DNA of 64,000 nucleotides from a virus, in the IMG/VR virus record IMGVR_UViG_3300035181_001055, positions 32,001 through 96,000 of that record; one strand, 5' to 3'. The notes under the pieces were generated by a model. The model was not told the origin of the DNA. It worked only from the letters and a program-made list of their open reading frames with translations, and did no database searches. Made by a program: the position numbers and the translations under genes. Within the stretch, counting starts at the first letter, position 1. Each line of letters begins with the position of its first letter. Positions 57,612 through 64,000 of this stretch are shown piece by piece.

Positions 57612-58922
57612 ATGGAATTTAGGTATGTTTTTAGTGCGCCAGCGATGCTTCGTTTGATGCCTAGTACATGGGGAGAAGAGAATCCTGATGAATATGCTAA
57701 GTATGTTTGCATGGTTAAGGATGGAATTTTTCGTCTTAGAAAAGATGCTGAATCTAAAATTCCTGGGATGAAATTTGGAATCGATCTTCTTTTCAATGCT
57801 TATACTGAAAAAGAATTTGGCAAATGGCTCAGAAAAAATGATACTTTCGGGTTCGAGAATCTGTATGCTGATTCTGGCGGATTGCAAATTGTCACTGCTG
57901 GCAGAAAAGTTGACGATGCTCTGAAATCTGAAATCTATTCGATTCAGAGTCAAGCTGATTTTGCGATGTGTTTTGACGAAATTCCTGCTAGCACCGTAGG
58001 TGTTGCTGATTCTAAGAGTAATCGGTCTCAAACAGGGAATAAGTTGTATCACCCTACCCGCAAAAAAGAAACTGCAACTAAAACCGCTAATAATATTCGT
58101 GAGCAGATTGAAATTCTTGAAAAAATAGGAACTGAAACAAAGGTTCATTACATTATTCAAGGCAATACTCACCAAGATATGTATGAGTGGTTTGATGATG
58201 GCACGAAAGTTTTAACTGATTCGCATTTCGAAAGGGTTGGCGGTCTTGCTTTGGCAGATACGTGCATGGGTAACGGTCCTTTGGAGTCTATTGAGATGCT
58301 TGTTGCATATCATAGACTCCATAAAGAATTTGGACATGAAAAAGTCAAGAATCACATTCATTTGCTCGGATTGGGGAGTGTCAAACGACTATTGCCTGCT
58401 ATCTATTTGATGAAAAGCGAATTCTTGCCTAAAAAATTGACAATTAGTTTTGACAGCACTACATTTAGTATGAGCTATTTCATGGGTCGTTTTATTGACA
58501 GTCAAGGGAATAAAATTCAAGGAGACCCTCAAGAAATTCGTCGCATGTTTCATATGATATATCAATATTTCGGCGACATCTATCGAAAATATGTCCCTGA
58601 CCTAGATGAAGATCATTTCATCGATCATGTTTCAAAGGAAATTAGGAGTGTCGCCGACACTCTAAATAATGCTCGTCCCGATATTCAAGCTCTTGTGAGA
58701 GCAAATATTACGCTCACTGATTGCTGGCAAATTCTTGGATTTATTGAGCAAGTCAAGAAAATAATTGAAATTGCAAAGCATGACAATTCGCCTCTTGGGA
58801 TGCTCAAATATGTGAAAGATTTCGAAGATTATTTGCATTGGCAAAGAGAGTTCGGTCATTTTGTTCCTAGTAAGAGAATCAGACGCGAAAGCTGCGCTTG
58901 TCTTGACAATTTCTTCGTTTGA
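57612..58922 (+). CDS. TGT-fold guanine transglycosylase, DpdA-like (7-deazaguanine insertion into DNA)
   Basis: DSGGLQ, MCFDE, IIQG, GGLA, HLLGLG and SFDS align with TGT catalytic motifs. No Zn-binding CxCxxC...H domain; sits inside the que cluster. Confidence 0.75.
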   Translation: MEFRYVFSAPAMLRLMPSTWGEENPDEYAKYVCMVKDGIFRLRKDAESKIPGMKFGIDLLFNAYTEKEFGKWLRKNDTFGFENLYADSGGLQIVTAGRKVDDALKSEIYSIQSQADFAMCFDEIPASTVGVADSKSNRSQTGNKLYHPTRKKETATKTANNIREQIEILEKIGTETKVHYIIQGNTHQDMYEWFDDGTKVLTDSHFERVGGLALADTCMGNGPLESIEMLVAYHRLHKEFGHEKVKNHIHLLGLGSVKRLLPAIYLMKSEFLPKKLTISFDSTTFSMSYFMGRFIDSQGNKIQGDPQEIRRMFHMIYQYFGDIYRKYVPDLDEDHFIDHVSKEIRSVADTLNNARPDIQALVRANITLTDCWQILGFIEQVKKIIEIAKHDNSPLGMLKYVKDFEDYLHWQREFGHFVPSKRIRRESCACLDNFFV

Positions 58923-58931
58923 TGCTAGAAT
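58903..58931 (+). promoter_or_regulatory. sigma70 promoter (extended -10) for queE/gp41
   Basis: TTGACA atttcttcgtttgatgc TAGAAT (17 nt, TGn). Confidence 0.75.
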
Positions 58932-58958
58932 TTTGTTTCATCTATAGGAATAATCTCC

Positions 58959-59852
58959 ATGAAAATCAGAACAAGTGAGGTTTTTGCTAGTTTCCAAGGC
59001 GAAGGACTATATGCTGGTGTTCCTAGTCTTTGGATTCGTTTCTTCGGATGCAATCTAGAATGCAACGGATTCGGCCAAAAAGACCCGTGCAATCCAGAAA
59101 CATATGTTCTCCCATACAAAACTATTGATATCAGCGACATAAAGCGAATGGAAGACTTGCCTGTTTTCCAGTGCGGCTGTGACTCTAGTTACAGCTGGAG
59201 CGCTAAGTACAAGCATTTGGCTAAGGATTGGAATGAAACAGAATTAGTGGACGAGTTGCATAGGCTAGGCTCGGAGAGATTTGGGATGGTTGATGGTTGG
59301 TTCAATCAAAGAACAAAACAACCGATTCAGCTTTGTTTCACGGGCGGTGAGCCCATGTTGAATCAAAAAGCAGTCGTGGCAATTCTTGATGAAATACAGA
59401 AACGATATGGCGATTTTGGCCCTGATTTGGTGACTTTTGAAACAAATGCGACGCGCTATCTTACAGATGAATTGAGAGAGCGTTTAGAGTGCAGGGATTT
59501 CAAAGTCAATTTTGCTTGCTCGCCTAAGCTGTTCACTGTTAGCGGGGAAAAAGACGTTGTTAATTTTAACGTCATTGAAGATTACATGCACAATTCAGAT
59601 TCTGGTATTCTGAAATTCGTGGTGAATGGATCTGAAGAGTGCTGGGATGAGCTTAGTGGGTATGTAGAAGATCTTGTCGATCTTCTAGCTCAGTATCCGA
59701 ATTGGAGTTTGTGGGCGATGCCTGTTGGCGCAACGAAAGAACAGCAAGAGTCGCCTTCCGTTGCCGAGATTGCAAATGAGGCGATGCGTCGAGGGTTCAA
59801 TATTGCAACTCGCAATCACACTTATGTATATGGCAATGTGGTGGGTAGCTGA
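58959..59852 (+). CDS. queE: 7-carboxy-7-deazaguanine synthase (radical SAM)
   Basis: SEVF.SFQGEG.Y.G.PS.WIRFFGCN..C, GCDS, .FTGGEPML, FETN.T and SPKL. Confidence 0.92.
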   Translation: MKIRTSEVFASFQGEGLYAGVPSLWIRFFGCNLECNGFGQKDPCNPETYVLPYKTIDISDIKRMEDLPVFQCGCDSSYSWSAKYKHLAKDWNETELVDELHRLGSERFGMVDGWFNQRTKQPIQLCFTGGEPMLNQKAVVAILDEIQKRYGDFGPDLVTFETNATRYLTDELRERLECRDFKVNFACSPKLFTVSGEKDVVNFNVIEDYMHNSDSGILKFVVNGSEECWDELSGYVEDLVDLLAQYPNWSLWAMPVGATKEQQESPSVAEIANEAMRRGFNIATRNHTYVYGNVVGS

Positions 59853-61228
59853 TGGATGTTACTGATGAAAAATTGATTCTTAGTTCTTTAGTGGCTGATG
59901 ATGATTATGTTCGTCAGGTTTTGCCTTTTTTGCAAAGCGAGTATTTTCATGACAGGATAGAGCGATCCGTTTTTGAATCAATCAGATCTTACATCAATGA
60001 GTACAATGTTCTGCCTAATAAGACAACTCTCCTAGTCGATATTCGAGGCCATGAGAAGCTGAACGAAAAAGAAATCTCTGAAGCTGAAACTCTAATAAGA
60101 GAACTGTTTGACATTGATCGCCCGTCTGACCCGAAATGGCTTATTAAGAAGACGGAGGAGTTTTGCCAAGAGAAGGCTGTTTACAATGCTATAATGAAGG
60201 CGATTGCTATATATGACGGGTCAGAAAAAACTGTTACTCCTCATGCAATCCCCGACATGATCAAAGACGCGATAAGCATTAGCTTTGACAGTCATATTGG
60301 CATGGATATGTATGATGACGCTGGTGCTCGCCACGATTACTATACTCTTCCTAGCAGCAAAATTCCATTCGACATTGAAATTCTTAATGAGATTACAAAC
60401 GGCGGCGCTGGTAGAAAAACGCTGAATGTCATTGTTGCAGGCGTAAATGTCGGCAAAACCTTGTCCTTGGTACATCTAGCATGCGCGTATGCTCGAGCTG
60501 GTCTGAATGTTCTATATTTCACCATGGAAATGCGTGAAGAAGAAATTCTGCGTCGAATTGACGCAAATATGCTGAAAACACCTATCAATAAAATCGAAGA
60601 AATCGGACGAGATTCGTTCATCGATAAGGTGGAGAAGCTTAGGGCTAAGTCTTACGGGAAGATTAAGGTTAAGGAGTATCCGCCTGGGGCAGCACATGCT
60701 GGACACTTCAAACATATCATCGGTGAGTTGAAGATGAAGCAGAGGTTCGTCCCTGATGTGATAATGGTTGATTATATTGGGATTGCCGCTAGCTCTCGAA
60801 TGAAGATGGGGCAGCAGAATAGTTATTTCTATTTGAAGGCAGTTGCGGAAGAACTTAGAGCATTGGCTGTTGAAACCGATACGGTTCTTTGGACTGCTAT
60901 GCAGCTAACTAGAACGGGTATAACAAATACCGATGTTGAAATTACAGATGTCTCGGAATCTATGGGCATTCCTGCGACCGCTGATTTCATGCTGTCGGTA
61001 ACTAGAACAGAAGAACTCGACGGATTAGGACAGGTTCTTTTCAAGCAACTTAAGAATCGTTACGGGAATAAGACGAACAAATTGAGATTCGTTGTTGGCA
61101 TTGATTTAGATAAACAAACGCTATATGACGTGAATCAGAGTGAGCAAGATGATATTGTTGTGAGCCAACAAGTTTCTGTTGCTAATGTAGGCAGTCTTAA
61201 AGACAAGTTCAAGAGATTGAACGGATGA
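59852..61228 (+). CDS. gp41: Replicative DnaB-like helicase gp41
   Basis: Y.R.VLPFL..EYF, F.QEKAVYNAI, Walker A AGVNVGKT, FTMEM.EE.I..RIDAN, KEYP, VDYI, ES.G.PATAD and KQLKNRY. Confidence 0.96.
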   Translation: MDVTDEKLILSSLVADDDYVRQVLPFLQSEYFHDRIERSVFESIRSYINEYNVLPNKTTLLVDIRGHEKLNEKEISEAETLIRELFDIDRPSDPKWLIKKTEEFCQEKAVYNAIMKAIAIYDGSEKTVTPHAIPDMIKDAISISFDSHIGMDMYDDAGARHDYYTLPSSKIPFDIEILNEITNGGAGRKTLNVIVAGVNVGKTLSLVHLACAYARAGLNVLYFTMEMREEEILRRIDANMLKTPINKIEEIGRDSFIDKVEKLRAKSYGKIKVKEYPPGAAHAGHFKHIIGELKMKQRFVPDVIMVDYIGIAASSRMKMGQQNSYFYLKAVAEELRALAVETDTVLWTAMQLTRTGITNTDVEITDVSESMGIPATADFMLSVTRTEELDGLGQVLFKQLKNRYGNKTNKLRFVVGIDLDKQTLYDVNQSEQDDIVVSQQVSVANVGSLKDKFKRLNG

Positions 61229-61232
61229 AGCT

Positions 61233-61240
61233 CATAAATA
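61233..61240 (+). promoter_or_regulatory. T4-type late promoter variant CATAAATA
   Basis: In the gap after gp41; the same variant precedes 1926, gp13 and the lysozyme. Confidence 0.55.
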
Positions 61241-61268
61241 ATCATATTCATAACAAAAAAGAAAAGAT

Positions 61269-62375
61269 ATGCTGAAATTTAAGCAGTTTCTGCTTTTTGA
61301 GGGCGGTAATGTAGTTATTGACGACCAAGGAGCGGATAGAATTGATTTAAGCAAAATAAACAGAACAGAAATTGTCAAAACTTTGACTGATGGTCTGAAA
61401 GCGATAAATCGCGCATTTGAAAAGCAGAATGGGTTGCCTCTTTGGAGCGACGAAATTTTCAAATCAAATCAATTTCTGAGTGGCAGTGCGTTTCATTTCT
61501 TTGATCTGAAGAATATTAAAGACGATGAATTTGTAAAAGTTAAGCCTTCTGTCGGGGATATTGACACTCAAGTTGATGGAACGCTCGACACTCTTATTGT
61601 CAATTTCTTGAATTCAAGCAAAGGTAAGAGATTTGGGCCATTAACTCTTATTGGGTTCAAAACTAGTCATGGTCAGCGTATAACATTATGGCGTTTGGAT
61701 AAATTTGATATGAATGTTCAGATTGACTTGGAGTTAGTTGAATATAGCGCTGATGGTAAGCCGACTCCTTGGTCACAATTCAGTCATTCGAGCTCTTGGA
61801 AAGACCTTAAACAAGGTTTGAAGGGTGTGGCTCACAAGTATCTTATGCAAGCAATAAATGCTCGCAGTTTACATGATTTGGTTATAAAAGCCAGGACACA
61901 GAGAAGCAAAGATAAGATTACGAAGAGCTCTCAGATGACGTTTTCGGTTACGAATGGGCTTCGTCAGCGTCTCGAGCCAGTTCTCGATTCTAAAGGCAAT
62001 CATGTGACAGTTAATGGGTTGCCTGCTTATCGTGAGCTTAGCACATCTGAAAGTCAAGGCAACACGGACTTGAATTATATTTTCAAGACTTATTTCGGCG
62101 AAGACCCTAATGAAAAAGACATTGAAAAAATGAGCAGTTTCATTGGTCTTATTGGATTGATTGAGAAATATTTCAGCAAAGAAGAACAAAAAATGGTCGT
62201 CGATGGGTTCATGCATAAATTGTGGGGTCCAGGCGCTCAAGGATTGTATAGAGGAGATAAAGAGCGAGACTATAATGAGAAAATGGCCATGGCAAATTAT
62301 CTTTTGAATTCTCTTGGTGGGTCTATCGATACTTACCTCAAAATGATTGAAACTTACTACAAAACATACGAATGA
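61269..62375 (+). CDS. Pol-beta-superfamily nucleotidyltransferase-like protein with capsid-targeting-like N-terminus
   Basis: LSGSA...KPSVGDIDTQV (GS...DxD) and a third Asp in VQIDL. N-terminus is MLKFKQFLLFE-GGN. Confidence 0.6.
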   Translation: MLKFKQFLLFEGGNVVIDDQGADRIDLSKINRTEIVKTLTDGLKAINRAFEKQNGLPLWSDEIFKSNQFLSGSAFHFFDLKNIKDDEFVKVKPSVGDIDTQVDGTLDTLIVNFLNSSKGKRFGPLTLIGFKTSHGQRITLWRLDKFDMNVQIDLELVEYSADGKPTPWSQFSHSSSWKDLKQGLKGVAHKYLMQAINARSLHDLVIKARTQRSKDKITKSSQMTFSVTNGLRQRLEPVLDSKGNHVTVNGLPAYRELSTSESQGNTDLNYIFKTYFGEDPNEKDIEKMSSFIGLIGLIEKYFSKEEQKMVVDGFMHKLWGPGAQGLYRGDKERDYNEKMAMANYLLNSLGGSIDTYLKMIETYYKTYE

Positions 62376-63268
62376 TAATTAGTTTCAAAGAATTCATTGC
62401 AGAGAGTGTTGCTACCACTACTCGTCAAGGTATCACTCATCTTCAGGACATGAAGCCTGAAGAATTTGTTTCGTGGATCAAAAGTGTAAAAGCTGCAGGC
62501 GGAGTTCTATCTAACTATAAAACGGTTATGAAGATAGATGGCCTAGGAGCTCGCTTTGGGCGTGATTCAAGCGGAAAGATATTCTTTGAGGGTAGCAGAA
62601 CTGGTCCAATTTTTGACAGCGGAGCTTTTAGCGCACATGCCATAGCTAAAGGTGCCTCGGATGAAATTGTGCTTAGGGCTAAGCATTATGACGATATGCT
62701 CGAACTTTTCAAAACTGCTGATTTCATGAAAGCGGTGCCTAATGATACGAAGGTTGTTTGCGAAATCTTTTACAATCCAATGGCAAAAGAAGAAGAGGAT
62801 GGCATTACCTTCGTCACCGTCAAGTATGACAAGACTAAATTGGGTAGTTTAATGAGTATCATGCCCTATACTGTTCTTCAGGCTAGTACTGGTTTAGAAC
62901 ACCCTGATAAGAAAAAAATTCTCGATGATTTATACAAGAAAAGCAACGAGAAAATTAAAATCATTGATCCTAATCTGAAGATGGGGTCAATTGATATTTC
63001 TGGTATAATAAACACCGTTGCTACTATTGAAGATGGCGCTCTTGAAATACTAAAAAGTAGAAAAGCTATTGATAGAGATGCAAAGCAAAATATTTTAGAT
63101 ATCATTCAAAAAGCAAAAAATGATTTAGCTTCTTATTTGCTTGCACATCCAGGCATTGAAGATAAATTCAAGTTAGGTCAAAATATTGAAGGCATTGTTA
63201 TACACGTAAATGATAAGCCGTTCAAAATAACGACCGACGAATTCAAAGCTAGTAAGAGGAAATCATGA
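62372..63268 (+). CDS. RNA ligase/covalent nucleotidyltransferase-like protein with capsid-targeting-like N-terminus
   Basis: KIDG (motif I), CEIF (III), EGIVI (IV) and FKI (V). N-terminus is MIISFKEFIAE. Confidence 0.55.
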   Translation: MIISFKEFIAESVATTTRQGITHLQDMKPEEFVSWIKSVKAAGGVLSNYKTVMKIDGLGARFGRDSSGKIFFEGSRTGPIFDSGAFSAHAIAKGASDEIVLRAKHYDDMLELFKTADFMKAVPNDTKVVCEIFYNPMAKEEEDGITFVTVKYDKTKLGSLMSIMPYTVLQASTGLEHPDKKKILDDLYKKSNEKIKIIDPNLKMGSIDISGIINTVATIEDGALEILKSRKAIDRDAKQNILDIIQKAKNDLASYLLAHPGIEDKFKLGQNIEGIVIHVNDKPFKITTDEFKASKRKS

Positions 63269-64000
63269 CAGACGAGAAAACGGAATATCCTAAGCCTGGA
63301 AAAAAGAAAGTTCAAATCTTCATGGGACGGATGCAACCCATTCATTTGGGCCATAAGAAAATTATTGATAGTATGAGAAATCCTGTCATTGTCTTGGTCA
63401 AAGGCGCCAAGTCAAGTGAGGATAAGACGAAAAATCCATTTAGTGTTGATTATCAAATTAAACTTATTAAAAAGATTGAACCTCATGCAGAAATCATGGT
63501 TGCTTCAACTGGTTATCTTCCTTCTATCATAAACCAACTCAGAGAGAAGGGCGAGGAGCCAGATGCGGTTTATGCTGGAGCTGACCGAATTTCTGGATAT
63601 AAGAAGCAGATTGATGATGCGAACTCCAAATTGCCGAATGAATATAAATATCATGTGGAGTTCAAAGAAACTGAGCGTGTAACAAGCGCAACCACCGTTC
63701 GCAATGCTATTCGTTCGAATAACATTGACGAGTTTAAGAGAAACATGCCTAAGGAACTATGGGGAGAATTTGACACCATGAAAAAGCTAATCGGAGAAAA
63801 AATCAATATCGGAATCAAGTCATTTGAAGAATGGCTCGCTGAAGAAGAAGAAGCCGAAAAAGATGATGAAGAAAATGTGAATAAGAGCGACCAAGTTGCG
63901 AAAAAAGATTCGCCGATCGGTAACGGTAAAGTCGCAAGACGTAAAGATGATGAGGATGACGACGAAGAAGATGATGATGATGATGATGATGATGAGCTGA
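63265..64000 (+). CDS. HIGH-superfamily cytidylyltransferase/NMNAT-like protein, 3'-truncated (absent from ORF track)
   Basis: ATG 63265 overlaps the upstream TGA and the frame is open to the window end. FMGRMQPIHLGH, KNPF, AGADR and SATTVR motifs, then an acidic tail. Confidence 0.8.
   Translation, partial: MTDEKTEYPKPGKKKVQIFMGRMQPIHLGHKKIIDSMRNPVIVLVKGAKSSEDKTKNPFSVDYQIKLIKKIEPHAEIMVASTGYLPSIINQLREKGEEPDAVYAGADRISGYKKQIDDANSKLPNEYKYHVEFKETERVTSATTVRNAIRSNNIDEFKRNMPKELWGEFDTMKKLIGEKINIGIKSFEEWLAEEEEAEKDDEENVNKSDQVAKKDSPIGNGKVARRKDDEDDDEEDDDDDDDDEL

Noticed and set aside
57534-58175. 213-aa minus-strand ORF
   Set aside because: Antisense to the TGT-like gene, with no motif or RBS.
57612-58922. 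Ordinary tRNA-guanine transglycosylase for queuosine
   Set aside because: It lacks the Zn-binding domain, is highly divergent, there are no queA/queG or tRNA genes here, and the context is the replication module. A DNA substrate is more likely but not proven.
61232-61462. Minus-strand 76-aa ORF
   Set aside because: It overlaps the NTase gene and late promoter in antisense and has no coding signal.
63970-63993. (GAT)n microsatellite as a phase-variation tract
   Set aside because: It is an in-frame trinucleotide encoding poly-Asp, so slippage would not shift the frame.
1-64000. Stop-codon reassignment or tRNA genes
   Set aside because: Core genes are full length under code 11, and no cloverleaf with T-loop GTTCRA/CCA was recognised.

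Overview
This window is a 64 kb piece of a T4-like myovirus genome. Gene order resembles cyanophage, Ackermannviridae and phiM12-type relatives rather than T4 itself. Almost every gene is on the + strand and standard code 11 reads through cleanly. The left arm (1-29.7 kb) holds baseplate and tail genes: a hub, gp5 without a lysozyme domain, an inserted 4-5 gene accessory virion module, PAAR, gp25, gp6, gp7, gp8, a DUF4815/VrlC-like giant, a repeat fibre, three paralogous fibre/RBP-like genes and a LamG/Gly-rich protein, followed by gp13-gp16. A ~700 bp non-coding gap between gp16 and gp17 carries a perfect minus-strand sigma70 promoter, a GC-rich hairpin-dense segment and twin hairpins with identical loops. 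Strand skew appears to flip at this gap, making it a candidate RNA-primed origin and/or ncRNA. The right arm holds gp17-gp23, a GH24 lysozyme, gp3, uvsY, uvsW, gp55, gp47/46, gp45/44/62, regA, dUTPase, an antisense holin-like gene, a split DNA polymerase (gp43A/B) and uvsX. Next come a 7-deazaguanine DNA-modification cluster (folE, queC, GATase, queF, TGT/DpdA-like, queE) and gp41. The window ends in a late-promoter cassette of three different nucleotidyl-transfer folds carrying T4 capsid-targeting-like motifs, a candidate injected enzyme system. All protein calls come from motif recognition by eye; no database search was run.
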